A stretch of DNA of 64,000 nt from Promethearchaeota archaeon. GTDB taxonomy: Archaea > Asgardarchaeota > Lokiarchaeia > Sigyniarchaeales > SOKP01. Under the pieces are notes generated by a model. It was not told where the DNA came from, ran no database searches, and saw nothing but the letters and a program-made list of their open reading frames with translations. The position numbers and the translations under genes were made by a program. The stretch covers positions 121,937-185,936 of the forward strand of contig JBHLLU010000001.1 in assembly GCA_048938895.1 (NCBI GenBank), written 5' to 3'. This document shows, piece after piece, positions 29,219-39,608 of the stretch (positions are counted from its first letter, which is position 1; the number at the start of each line of letters is the position of its first letter).

Positions 29219-29782
29219 TTAGTCACTTAATTTTGGTTTAAAAATTAATGAAGGTCTAAATTTCTCATGGTATTTATATCCTTCTGCAGTATGTACATGC
29301 CCGTACTTTTTTTGTAAATTTTCAATAGAATCTACGTCTAATGCGTACATAGGACAAGCGTCTACACAAATTGTCTGTTTTCCTTGTTCTAATCTCTCTA
29401 TACATAAGTTACATTTCCTCATTTTAGAGTTTTCATCTGATGAAAATTGAGGTGCATCCCAAGGACAAACTTTCAAGCATTTTGAACCGCATTCTGCTTT
29501 ACCTAAACACCTATCTTGATCCACCACTACAATTCCATCGTCTGTTCTTTTAATAATAGCGTTCACAGGGCATGCCTTTATACATGGAGGATCACCACAA
29601 TGATTGCAAGCAAGAGCGAGATAGGAAAGAGTTAAATCTGGAAATTTTCCTTTCTCAATTGCAATTACACGCATCCAATTTTCTGGTCCAGCATCAATGT
29701 TATACCAATCTTTACAGGCAACAGAACATGTATAGCAACCTGTACATCTAGTTTGGTCAAAATAAAAACCCACTTGCTTCAT
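29219..29782 (-). CDS. DmsB-like 4Fe-4S subunit
   Basis: QVGFYFDQTRCTGCYTCSVACKDW, CNHCGDPPC, KCNLC; ATGA overlap with the upstream catalytic subunit. Confidence 0.92.
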   Translation of the reverse strand: MKQVGFYFDQTRCTGCYTCSVACKDWYNIDAGPENWMRVIAIEKGKFPDLTLSYLALACNHCGDPPCIKACPVNAIIKRTDDGIVVVDQDRCLGKAECGSKCLKVCPWDAPQFSSDENSKMRKCNLCIERLEQGKQTICVDACPMYALDVDSIENLQKKYGHVHTAEGYKYHEKFRPSLIFKPKLSD

Positions 29783-32070
29783 GAAGAATCCTCCGATTTA
29801 TTTTTGGAATATAATTCCACTTGAACGAGAGCACTATTCATGGGGAATGCACCACCAGGAGATCGTGAGTCTTTTGTGAGAACATTCCCACACCCCCCCA
29901 AATCCACTCCTTCTTCATTCGGATTATACCAAGCACCCTGATAAATCACTACAGCACCAGGAATAACACGTTCAGTAACCTTGGCAGAAATACGTATTCT
30001 GCCCCTTTCATTAAAGATATCTACTAAATTTCCATGTTCGATTCCTCTTGATTCAGCATCAATGCTATTTATCCAAACCATATGAGGTTCTACTTCTTGA
30101 AGCCAGGGAATCATACTTAAACTTGAATGAGTTCTCCGTTTATTATGAGGTGTGAGGAGTTGCAAAGGATATTTTTTTGCTAGGGGTGCATCATAATGTT
30201 CTTCATGACTCAAGTATTTAGGAATGGGGGGCATATTAGGGATATCTAATTCTGCTATATGTTCACAATATATCTCTATTTTTCCTGATAGTGTAGGGAA
30301 TGGATTATTCTTTGGATCAGCAATTTGTTCTTTAAATGCAATAAATGGTTCCTCCACCTTTACTTTAAAAAATCCATCCCGTTTCATCTGATCATAACTT
30401 TTTATATCCTTCCGCGGAGAACTGAACATACGTAATATTTGATCTTCTGATAAATTAAGCAAACCAGGATCAATACCTAATTTCGGTGCTAATGCCTTAC
30501 ATATTTCTAAATCTGATTTTGATTCATATAACGATTCAATAGTTTTATTTAAATAAATATAGTAAGGCGACCCTAGCCATGGTACAGCAATATCATTACG
30601 TTCCATGAAAGTATTGACTGGCAATAATATATCGGCAAATTTAGCTGTAGGAGTCATAAATTGTTCGAGAACTACTATGAATTCAAGAGATTTTAACGCT
30701 TTTACACCTTTATTTACATTGCAATATTGATTCAAGCGATTCTCTGCTACAATATAAGCCATTTTCAGATCAGCGGGAAATCCCCCCTTTTTTCCAAGTA
30801 ATATCGCGTCATAATACTCATTGAAATGAATACGAGTACTTGCAGGATTAGTTCCTCCTCTTAACTTATATAACGCATCTTTTCGAGGAGATGCTCTAAA
30901 GTCTACTGGATTTCCCCTAGGTGTTTGTTTCTGCTCCATTTCTTTCTTTTCTTCTTGTTTAATAGGTCCTGATTTTTTCCTACCAGCTGAGACAACACTT
31001 TCTCTGCTATAATATGCTCGCATAAAACCAGAAGCATAACCACCATTAATACCAATATTTCCAGTAATTGCACATAACACATTAGCCGCTCTAGAATATT
31101 GTTCTCCCATTGCGGTTCTGGCAGGCCCCCATCCTGCCATAAGAGCTGCTGGTTTATTTGTAGCATATTCTCGAGCTAAGTTTATTATAGTTTCTGCTGG
31201 TACTTTAGTAATTTCTTCAGCCCATTCCGGTGTTTTTGGAGTCCCATCCTCACCACCCCTTATATATGCTTTATATTTATCGAATCCAACCGTATATTTA
31301 TCAATAAAGTCCTGATCTTGCAAATCTTCATTGATAATAACATACGCCATTGCACTAAGCATTGCAGAATCGGTACCAGGTCGAATAGGTATCCATTGAT
31401 CTGCTAAAACAGCAGCAGAATCAGTAAAGATCGGATCTATATTTATAATTTTAATACCCTTTTCCCTTGCTTTGGCAAACATCAAGGGCGTACCGGGATC
31501 CCAAACAGTACTAGCTGGATTCCAACCCCACATAATAATGAGTTTAGAATTGAGTAAATCTTCACGAGCATTTCCCGTCATCATAGTTCCATAAGTAGCC
31601 ATCGATGCAAAAAGAGCGCCTTCATAAGAGGGAGCACCCCACATTCGTGTATAACCTCCAAATTGATTAAGCATTAATCCTGAAGGTGTCACACCATGAA
31701 GCATACCTTGATTCCCCGCACCTGGAACAAAAAGAATAGAAGCATTTCCATACTTTTCCTTAATATCTTTCATTTTATTTGCAATTTCATCTAAAGCTTC
31801 ATCCCAAGATATACGCTCAAATTTATCCTCCCCACGCTCTCCAATACGGCGCATAGGATATTTTAATCTATCTGTATGATAAACCTTTTGTCTATAAGCT
31901 CTTCCACGTAAACACGCTCTTAATTGGGGTTCTTCTCCATTATCTGTTTCAAAACGTATTATTTTACCTTCTTTAACATGAGCTTTAAGGGTACATCGAC
32001 CACCACAATCATGACAACATCCAGTATTAATTATTTTAATATCACTTTGTTCGATATTATCTTTACTCAT
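29779..32070 (-). CDS. DmsA-like molybdopterin oxidoreductase, cytoplasmic
   Basis: CCHDCGGRC, QLRACLRGR, WGAPSYEG (probable Ser ligand), PKTPEWA, FPTLSGKIEIY, RTHS, GAWY; no Tat signal. Confidence 0.92.
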   Translation of the reverse strand: MSKDNIEQSDIKIINTGCCHDCGGRCTLKAHVKEGKIIRFETDNGEEPQLRACLRGRAYRQKVYHTDRLKYPMRRIGERGEDKFERISWDEALDEIANKMKDIKEKYGNASILFVPGAGNQGMLHGVTPSGLMLNQFGGYTRMWGAPSYEGALFASMATYGTMMTGNAREDLLNSKLIIMWGWNPASTVWDPGTPLMFAKAREKGIKIINIDPIFTDSAAVLADQWIPIRPGTDSAMLSAMAYVIINEDLQDQDFIDKYTVGFDKYKAYIRGGEDGTPKTPEWAEEITKVPAETIINLAREYATNKPAALMAGWGPARTAMGEQYSRAANVLCAITGNIGINGGYASGFMRAYYSRESVVSAGRKKSGPIKQEEKKEMEQKQTPRGNPVDFRASPRKDALYKLRGGTNPASTRIHFNEYYDAILLGKKGGFPADLKMAYIVAENRLNQYCNVNKGVKALKSLEFIVVLEQFMTPTAKFADILLPVNTFMERNDIAVPWLGSPYYIYLNKTIESLYESKSDLEICKALAPKLGIDPGLLNLSEDQILRMFSSPRKDIKSYDQMKRDGFFKVKVEEPFIAFKEQIADPKNNPFPTLSGKIEIYCEHIAELDIPNMPPIPKYLSHEEHYDAPLAKKYPLQLLTPHNKRRTHSSLSMIPWLQEVEPHMVWINSIDAESRGIEHGNLVDIFNERGRIRISAKVTERVIPGAVVIYQGAWYNPNEEGVDLGGCGNVLTKDSRSPGGAFPMNSALVQVELYSKNKSEDSS

Positions 32071-32165
32071 TGTCTTAAATCATTCTCTCAAAATTGTTAA
32101 TTACACAAAAATTTGATATTGCTTTAATTTTTATCGATTAATTAGAATGAACACTATATTTATTC

Positions 32166-33155
32166 TTAATATTGGTGTTCTTTATCAACTAGATTTATAG
32201 GAGATTTTCCATTCGCTATATTACGTATATTTTCAGCCATTATTCGAACAGGATTTTCAGAATATTTTGTAATATCAACATAACCGATATTATGAGGTGT
32301 TGCAATTACATTAGGTAATTCCCAAAAAGGAAACTTTGATGGGTTTTCTAATTCAGGTATCCATGAAGGATCCCACCAATGGGGACTCCACCAAACATCA
32401 AGGGCTGCACCTGCAATTCTATTCTCTTCAAGTGCTCTAAATAATGGTTCCTCTTCAATTATTGCAGCCCTTGCAACATTAATTATAAAGGCTGAGGGTT
32501 TCATTAATCGAATTTCACGTTCACCAATCAAACCTCGAGTTGCAGGTGTAAGTGGAACAATCACTATAATAAAATCAGATTCAGAAAGAATAAAATCAAG
32601 ATCGTCAGGCCCACCAAGAAACTCAAGGCTTAATTTTTCTGGTAACTCCGTAGATTTGCGTCTTTTTAACGCAAGAATTTTCATTTCGAACGCTTGCAAC
32701 CGTTTAGCAATTTCAATGCCGATATGTCCTAAACCAATAATACCAACTTTTTTTCCACGTAATTCAGTACCTCTACCTCTATAAATTTCGGGAAATGCTT
32801 TATGGCGCTGAACTACACGTTTAGTTAGTGCAAGGAGTAAACTTATTGCCCCTTCAGCAAGAGGCACTGGATTTGCTCCAGAAGTGTTTGCTACAAAAAC
32901 ATTTTCATTAATTGCATCAAATGGTAGAGCATCAACTCCCGCTCCTGTTTTTTGTATAAGTTTTAAATTTTTAGCATTCTTTACCACAGCTGCCGATAAT
33001 CGTGTACAGACTATAATTTCAACATCATGAGCAAGTTTTATTAACTCTTCTTCAGTCCCTTTTTCCGGAATAATTAACTCTACGTTTTCAGGTAATAAAT
33101 CCTTTTGATTTCTTATCCAGTCTACTAGATAAGAGTTCACGACAAGTACTTTCAT
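32166..33155 (-). CDS. D-isomer-specific 2-hydroxyacid dehydrogenase
   Basis: GAGVD, GIIGLGHIG, INVARA, GAALDVW, TPHN. Confidence 0.9.
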   Translation of the reverse strand: MKVLVVNSYLVDWIRNQKDLLPENVELIIPEKGTEEELIKLAHDVEIIVCTRLSAAVVKNAKNLKLIQKTGAGVDALPFDAINENVFVANTSGANPVPLAEGAISLLLALTKRVVQRHKAFPEIYRGRGTELRGKKVGIIGLGHIGIEIAKRLQAFEMKILALKRRKSTELPEKLSLEFLGGPDDLDFILSESDFIIVIVPLTPATRGLIGEREIRLMKPSAFIINVARAAIIEEEPLFRALEENRIAGAALDVWWSPHWWDPSWIPELENPSKFPFWELPNVIATPHNIGYVDITKYSENPVRIMAENIRNIANGKSPINLVDKEHQY

Positions 33156-33254
33156 GGTTAAACCAATCTAATTTTTAGAAATTATTAATTACACATAAAT
33201 TTAATATTACTTTAATTATTATCGAGAATATATAGCTTATAGGGTGAATAAATA

Positions 33255-34097
33255 ATGGCTCGCAATGTTCTTAATTTATTTTTTCTTGGTAGCAGTGGAT
33301 GCATACAAGTTCCGTCATTTCACTGTTCTTGCCAAACATGTGAAAGAGCAAGAAAAGATCAGAAATTACGAAGAACCAGGGCTTCCATTGTATTATCAGG
33401 GCAAGAAAATATCTTAATTGATGCTAGTCCTGACATCGAGTTCCAACTCGAACGGGAAAGAATTAAGTTTATAGATAGAATATTTTTAACACATTGGCAT
33501 TATGATCATTGCTTTGGTCTAGCTCCTTTTCCAGAGCTGTGCACTCACGGAATTTGGAAAAAAGATAAAATTGATCTTTATCTTCCATCACAAGATATGG
33601 GTTATTTTGATAGAGATTTCTCTTGGGGTAAACCACAATTCAATCTTCATCCTTTAGATCCTGGAGATATTATTAAGCTTCCCGATGCTAATTTTGAAGT
33701 TGTAAAGACAACTCATTCTGTTGACAGTCTCGGATATATTATCACTACACCCAATAAAACTTTTGCATATCTTGTTGATGGAGTTATACCCCCAAAGATG
33801 ACAATTAACCGATTGAAAGAAATCAAATTAGATTTTATAATTCTAGAAGGTACTGTTGACAAATTATTTCTACCTAAAGGCATTACATTTCAAGAATGGA
33901 AAAATTTCTCTATTTTTGACGCTGTTGATTTCTGGAAGACACTAGATATTCCAAAATGTATCATTACTCATGCTTCATTTCATAGTTGGAACATAAATAA
34001 ATTAATACAAGGTATTACTCCCAATGAACGTAAAGAATTAGAAGAACAAAACCCTGGATTATCATTTGCTTATGATGGTTTAAAAATAGATATTTAG
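33255..34097 (+). CDS. MBL-fold metallohydrolase (PhnP-like)
   Basis: VPSFHCSCQTC Zn site, LIDASPD, THWHYDH motif. Confidence 0.88.
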   Translation: MARNVLNLFFLGSSGCIQVPSFHCSCQTCERARKDQKLRRTRASIVLSGQENILIDASPDIEFQLERERIKFIDRIFLTHWHYDHCFGLAPFPELCTHGIWKKDKIDLYLPSQDMGYFDRDFSWGKPQFNLHPLDPGDIIKLPDANFEVVKTTHSVDSLGYIITTPNKTFAYLVDGVIPPKMTINRLKEIKLDFIILEGTVDKLFLPKGITFQEWKNFSIFDAVDFWKTLDIPKCIITHASFHSWNINKLIQGITPNERKELEEQNPGLSFAYDGLKIDI

Positions 34098-34317
34098 CAT
34101 TATTAAATATGTTTAAAAACCTATTAGATAAATTAATACTTCAGGAAGATGTTCTCGCCATGCAATTTATTCATGTCATTTCATGATACCACTGATTATG
34201 TTCTGATCGAGTTTTGATATGATAGGGCTTATATAGTGGTGCTTTTTTGCCATTTTTGTAAATTTTGTTTTAATTGCATTTCTTAAATTTAATTACAATG
34301 AAAAATTTTTTTTTACA

Positions 34318-36498
34318 ATGATAAACACAATACCCTTTAAAATTCCTGACTTTGTTTTGGTTAATTTAGATAAAGGTAATTATGACAAGATTATTTTATT
34401 TGCCCTTGGGATTTTTGGACCTCACAAATTAAAGGAACTTATTAATAATCCTATTGAATCTATTGAAAATAGGATGGATGAAACACTATTCTTCGAGTGG
34501 ACAAATAAATTAAAGGGGGAACAATTGATAGAAGAATTTACATTGGATGATGAGATTCATTATCGAATTACCTCCAAAGGTGAAGACAAATTATTAGCGT
34601 ATATAGAAGATACAAAAATTTTAAAATTATTTGAGGAAACTAGAGGTCCAATTGAAAAAGAATCTTCTACATCTTCTAAATCTGTTTCTGGTTATAAAAT
34701 TACATATAAAGATTATGTTTTTGGGTTATTATCATTACTGTGGCGTTTAAATACATTTCGGCTGGAGGAAGAATTTGAGAAAATAGGACCTGATAAAAAA
34801 ATATCGTTGGGAAAGTGTTTAGAGCGTAATGCAGAAAAATTTCCAAACAATAAAGCTATTCTCTATGAAGATCAGGAGTATACTTACAAAGAGCTAAATG
34901 AATGGATAAATAAATATGCGAACTTCTTTCTTTCTTTAGGTGTTAAAAAAGGAGAAGTAATTAATATCTTTTTAGAAAATAGACCTGAATTGATGTTTTT
35001 AATGGCTGCAATGTCAAAAATAGGTACAATTGGTTCATTAATCAACACAAGACAACGAGCAACAACACTTCGACACAGCTTGAAACTAAATCAAGTAAGA
35101 ATTTATGTCATTGGAGAAGAACTTATAGATGCATTTGAAGAAGTTAAAGAAGATCTAGATTTATCATCAGAAGATAAGCTTTTTTATGTTGAGGATAAAG
35201 GACAAATGAAAAAACCAGAAGGATATCTTGACTTTAAGGCTCAAACAGAGAAACAATCTATTTCAAATCCTCCGACAACAGCAGATATGTTAGGAAAGGA
35301 TACCTATGTGTTTATTTTTACTTCAGGTACTACAGGCCTCCCGAAAGCAGCTCATATCCGTAATATTCATACTGTAGGCTCAATATTAGGCTGGGGAAAA
35401 ATGGCCTTGAACATGCAACCAGATGATATTTATTATATATGTCTCCCAATTTATCATAGTAACGCCTTACATATTGGATGGTCAGCAGCTATCGCCAATG
35501 GTTCGGCAGTTGCATTAGCTCGAAGATTTAGTGTGAGTAATTTCTGGAAAGATATAAATAAATTCAAAGCTACGTGTTTTAATTATATCGGCGAAATTCT
35601 TCGATACCTTTATAATCAACCACCTAGTCCTAATGATAGGAAACATACTGTCTATAAAATTGCCGGTAATGGACTTAGACCTGAGATGTGGAAGGATTTT
35701 AAAGATAGATTTGGTATTAAGGAAGTATATGAGCACTATGGAATGACAGAAATGCGGGGGATGTTTTGTAATTATCTAAATTTAGATTGCACAATTGGTA
35801 CCTGTCTAAGTGAGTATGCTCTTGTAAAATATGATATTGAAGATGATGAACCAATTCGTGGAGAAGATGGATTTCTTCAAATGGTCGATGAAGGTGAAGC
35901 GGGATTATTTCTAATGAAAATTCAAGATCCTTATACATTTGCAGGATATACTAGTAAATCAGCAAGTAAACAAAAAATAATTGAAGATGTATTTGAACAG
36001 GGTGATAAGTGGATGTATTCCGGCGATTTGATTAGACCTATAGGTTATGGTCATGCCCAGTTTGTAGACCGACTTGGTGATACCTTCCGTTGGAAAGGAG
36101 AGAATGTGTCCACATCTGAAGTTGAAGACGTGATTCTATCATTTGAGGAAGTAGAACATACATCTGTCTATGGTGTTTTAGTACCAGATACTGAAGGAAG
36201 AGCGGGAATGGCATCAATTTTCACAAAGAGGAAACCTGAAACATTTGATTTTGACGGATTTTCAAACTTATTAAGAGAAAATTTACCTAATTATGCAATC
36301 CCTCTTTTCATTCGTTTCTTATCTAAATTATCAACCACAAACACTTATAAAATCCTAAAGTCAGACATGAAAAAAGTTGGTTTTAACATTAATAAAACAA
36401 AAGATCCCATTTACGTTCTATTACCAAAAACTTCAAGTTATACACTTCTTACAGAAAAAATTTTCAAAGATATTGTTGAAAAAAAATATCGATTTTAA
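34318..36498 (+). CDS. long-chain acyl-CoA synthetase (FATP/FadD6-like) with N-terminal winged-helix domain
   Basis: FTSGTTGLPKAA, YIGEILRYL, GNGLRP, YGMTE, DRLGDTFRWKGENVSTSEVE, TYKILK all intact; ~150 aa extra N-terminus with a YRITSKG wing. Confidence 0.9.
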   Translation: MINTIPFKIPDFVLVNLDKGNYDKIILFALGIFGPHKLKELINNPIESIENRMDETLFFEWTNKLKGEQLIEEFTLDDEIHYRITSKGEDKLLAYIEDTKILKLFEETRGPIEKESSTSSKSVSGYKITYKDYVFGLLSLLWRLNTFRLEEEFEKIGPDKKISLGKCLERNAEKFPNNKAILYEDQEYTYKELNEWINKYANFFLSLGVKKGEVINIFLENRPELMFLMAAMSKIGTIGSLINTRQRATTLRHSLKLNQVRIYVIGEELIDAFEEVKEDLDLSSEDKLFYVEDKGQMKKPEGYLDFKAQTEKQSISNPPTTADMLGKDTYVFIFTSGTTGLPKAAHIRNIHTVGSILGWGKMALNMQPDDIYYICLPIYHSNALHIGWSAAIANGSAVALARRFSVSNFWKDINKFKATCFNYIGEILRYLYNQPPSPNDRKHTVYKIAGNGLRPEMWKDFKDRFGIKEVYEHYGMTEMRGMFCNYLNLDCTIGTCLSEYALVKYDIEDDEPIRGEDGFLQMVDEGEAGLFLMKIQDPYTFAGYTSKSASKQKIIEDVFEQGDKWMYSGDLIRPIGYGHAQFVDRLGDTFRWKGENVSTSEVEDVILSFEEVEHTSVYGVLVPDTEGRAGMASIFTKRKPETFDFDGFSNLLRENLPNYAIPLFIRFLSKLSTTNTYKILKSDMKKVGFNINKTKDPIYVLLPKTSSYTLLTEKIFKDIVEKKYRF

Positions 36499-36595
36499 GG
36501 TAAAGATTAAATACCTTAACAAGAAATTTTAAAATTGCATATAGATTTTATACTATATTAAAATTTCAAGATAAATAATCAAATATTGATGAAAA

Positions 36596-37738
36596 ATGTC
36601 AGAGGCTATAGATGAAAAATATAGAAATGCTGTACAAGTAATAAGTAGTGCTGGGGGTTCTCCAGTTCCAGCTACTGATACCACTATCGCTATTTTAAAA
36701 TATATTGTGGATGAAAAACATGTAGATTTTATACTAGCTTTTAAAGGTAGGAGATCACAAACCATGGAACAATTAAAAGAAAGTACTGGATTGACTGAAG
36801 ATCAAATCAACGAGCATGTTGAGGTATTAGCAAAAACAGGATTACTTATGAATCAACCAAGTAGCTCTGGTTTAATGGTATATAGATTGATGCCATTCGT
36901 AAATGTGGGGGTTTATGAGTATACATTTATGAAAAAACTTGAATATAACGATTGGGAGAAAGGATTAGCTCAATTATTTCTTAAATTAAATAAAGAATCC
37001 AGAGGTAGGATGTTAGCTAATTATGATGCCATAGTAAATAGATTTCTGCCATCCATGCGCCCAATCGACAGAACTATACCTTATACAGAAAATTTTGAAA
37101 CTGGAAAAGAAATTAGTATTGTTGTTGATGAAGAATTAGAAGCGCCTGAAGAAAAAGTTATATCTACTCAAAAAGTTGAAGAAATAATTAACAAATTTGA
37201 TGATATTGCCGTAGGTCATTGTTATTGTAGACATTTTCGTGATTTAGTGGGAGAATCATGTAAACAAACGGATATACGTGAAAACTGTTTTACTTTTGGA
37301 AAATCTGCTCGTTATACGACGGAACAAGGTTTCGCTAGAATGATATCGAAAGAAGAAGCATTAGAGATATTAAAAAAATCTGAAGAAGATGGGCTAGTAC
37401 ATAAAGCTTATCATCCAAACAGAGATTATAATCGAGAAGAAGATAGTATTTGCAATTGCTGCTCAGATTGTTGTGGTCAAGCAAGAGGTATTACAGCTAA
37501 TTTAACTAATTACATAGCACGAGTAAATCATGACCTATGTGTAGGATGTGGGACATGTGTTGAAAAATGCTATTCTGGTGCTAAAAGTTTAAACGATGAA
37601 GGAAAAGCTGAAACGAATGAAGAACTTTGTATAGGATGTGGAATATGTGCGGCTTTCTGTCCTGAAGGAGCAGTCTCCTTGGTAGAAAGGCAGAGGATTG
37701 TAAGGATTGTTCCTCCGCGTTCTGCTTATGAACAATAA
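36596..37738 (+). CDS. Fe-S protein, paralog of 15223-16359
   Basis: SQTMEQLKE, CYCRH, GKSAR, GLVHKAYH, ICNCCSDCC, two CxxCxxCxxxC motifs. Confidence 0.85.
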   Translation: MSEAIDEKYRNAVQVISSAGGSPVPATDTTIAILKYIVDEKHVDFILAFKGRRSQTMEQLKESTGLTEDQINEHVEVLAKTGLLMNQPSSSGLMVYRLMPFVNVGVYEYTFMKKLEYNDWEKGLAQLFLKLNKESRGRMLANYDAIVNRFLPSMRPIDRTIPYTENFETGKEISIVVDEELEAPEEKVISTQKVEEIINKFDDIAVGHCYCRHFRDLVGESCKQTDIRENCFTFGKSARYTTEQGFARMISKEEALEILKKSEEDGLVHKAYHPNRDYNREEDSICNCCSDCCGQARGITANLTNYIARVNHDLCVGCGTCVEKCYSGAKSLNDEGKAETNEELCIGCGICAAFCPEGAVSLVERQRIVRIVPPRSAYEQ

Positions 37739-37930
37739 TTTTTTTTTATTATGGTATAAAATCTATATTTCCTTTTTTTTCTTTCTCTAATGTTTTTCAA
37801 ATCTGCAAAAGGTTCAGGATTAGAAACCTCTGCATCTCGAGTTTTGTAATATTTAAGTTTTGAAACTATTGTACTTAATTATTAGAAATGAGAGTATTAA
37901 AAATAAAAAGAAAAAAATAGACTAAAATCT

Positions 37931-38494
37931 CTATTTGATTTCAATTTTCTTCTTTTCTGGTACTACAGGTTCTACTTTGGGGATCTTTAATTTCAAAATT
38001 CCCTTTTCAAGATTCGCATCAATTTTATTCTCATCAATATTATCTGGTAATGAAAACGCCCTATAATAACTTGAAGAACGATATTCTCTCCGGACTAATT
38101 CTCCTTCTTTTTCCTCTTTTTTTTCCTCTTTGACTTCTCCCTTAATTTCTAAAGTTCCATCTTGGATAGTGATTTCAATATCTCCTTTATCTAATCCGGG
38201 TAATTCTGCTGTAATAGCAAATGCATCATCTTCCTCAGTAATGTTTGCTAATGGTGTTCTAAAGATTGGCTCATCTTCTCTAATAACTAATGAAAACGGT
38301 CTTGTTCTTCGTCTACCAAAGGGCCAATTCCAATCATCAAAGAAATTTCGCTGCATCTCGTTAAACATTCGATCCATCTCTTGAAATAAAGAAAATGGAC
38401 TTTCCCTTCTAACGGTTATTTCTCGTGATTTTTTATCTTCTTGCTTTTCTTCATTAGTTTTTTCTTTCTTTTTAACTTCAATTTTATCTGACAT
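37931..38494 (-). CDS. hsp20: small heat shock protein (Hsp20/alpha-crystallin)
   Basis: AELPGLDKGDIEI, YYRAFSLP, ANLEKGILKLKIPK, C-terminal IEI; ATG 38494 preceded by GAGGTG. Confidence 0.93.
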   Translation of the reverse strand: MSDKIEVKKKEKTNEEKQEDKKSREITVRRESPFSLFQEMDRMFNEMQRNFFDDWNWPFGRRRTRPFSLVIREDEPIFRTPLANITEEDDAFAITAELPGLDKGDIEITIQDGTLEIKGEVKEEKKEEKEGELVRREYRSSSYYRAFSLPDNIDENKIDANLEKGILKLKIPKVEPVVPEKKKIEIK

Positions 38495-38539
38495 ATAATC
38501 CACCTCTTATTTCAATTTTTTAAGTTTTTAAATGTTGGT

Positions 38540-38558
38540 TGTCAACCATTGGTTGACA
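38540..38558. promoter_or_regulatory. 19-bp palindrome TGTCAACCA-T-TGGTTGACA in the hsp20 leader
   Basis: Perfect 9-bp arms; a TTTAAATA TATA-like box lies ~30 bp further upstream on the minus strand (~38586-38593). Confidence 0.6.
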
Positions 38559-38774
38559 CTCATATATTTACATAAATCAATTTGATATTTAAATCTTACT
38601 ATTTTTGATCATAAATTGGATCATATAACTTGTTACTCATCATAGGTTAAGAATTAATATAAAGAACTCTATATCCTAAAAATACTCTTGAGTGTAAATC
38701 CTCAAATATAAAAGCATTATTATTGTAAAAAATATACAACCAAATTAACTATTATAGAAATAATGTGAAATGAC

Positions 38775-39572
38775 ATGGATTATAAATATATTATTGTTGA
38801 AAAAAAAGACCATATAATGATTGTTAAGATTAATAGACCAGAAGTAAGAAATGCCTTAAGCCCATATGTAAGTATAGAATTGGAAGATGTATTTAATAAA
38901 TTTGAAAACGACACAAATGCATGGGTTGCGATTGTTACTGGAGTCGGAGATAAAGCTTTCTCAGCTGGTTTCGATTTAAAGTGGGGAGCAACTGCTAGCC
39001 CTGAGGAACAACGAGAAGCTTTTGGGAAACTTAAATATAAAGCCGTTAGTGGGGCTGTAACCTTAAATCCTAATATAACTAAACCCATAATTGCCGCTGT
39101 AAATGGATTCGCTATGGGTGGTGGATTCGAACTTGCTTTAGGTTGTGATCTTATCATTGCGGCTGAACACGCTGTTTTTTCTTTACCAGAACCATTAGTT
39201 GGTCGTGTTCCTACTGAAGGAGGTGTTCATAGGTTATCAAGACAAATTCCTTTTCACTTAGCGATGGAAATTCTTTTTACATATAAGCGAATATCTGCTC
39301 AAGAAGGTGTAAAATTGGGTTTTGTAAATAAGGTAGTTCCGTTAGACCAATTAATGATAGAAGCAGAGAAATTAGCAAATATTATAATGGAAGGTTCGCC
39401 TTTAGCTATACGGGCAATTAAACAGATGGTTAATGATGGCCTTGAAATGACCTTGAGAAATGCATTATCTACTACGTTCTCCCTTTATGTAAAATTTATG
39501 CGGTCTAATGATTTTATTGAAGGGCCAAAAGCATTCTCAGAAAAAAGAAAACCAGTTTGGAAGGGAGTATAA
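38775..39572 (+). CDS. enoyl-CoA hydratase (CaiD-like)
   Basis: NRPEVRNA, FSAGFDLK, GGGFELAL, LPEP.VG. Confidence 0.9.
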   Translation: MDYKYIIVEKKDHIMIVKINRPEVRNALSPYVSIELEDVFNKFENDTNAWVAIVTGVGDKAFSAGFDLKWGATASPEEQREAFGKLKYKAVSGAVTLNPNITKPIIAAVNGFAMGGGFELALGCDLIIAAEHAVFSLPEPLVGRVPTEGGVHRLSRQIPFHLAMEILFTYKRISAQEGVKLGFVNKVVPLDQLMIEAEKLANIIMEGSPLAIRAIKQMVNDGLEMTLRNALSTTFSLYVKFMRSNDFIEGPKAFSEKRKPVWKGV

Positions 39573-39608
39573 ATTAAATAAAAATTAAAAATAAGGAATT
39601 GAATTATT

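Noticed and set aside
34140-34255. GC-richer intergenic patch with CTGA/ATGA words (possible C/D sRNA) and a 25-codon minus-strand ORF (MAKKHHYISP...)
   Set aside because: No complete RUGAUGA C box or terminal stem; the ORF is too short to support. May be a gene remnant.
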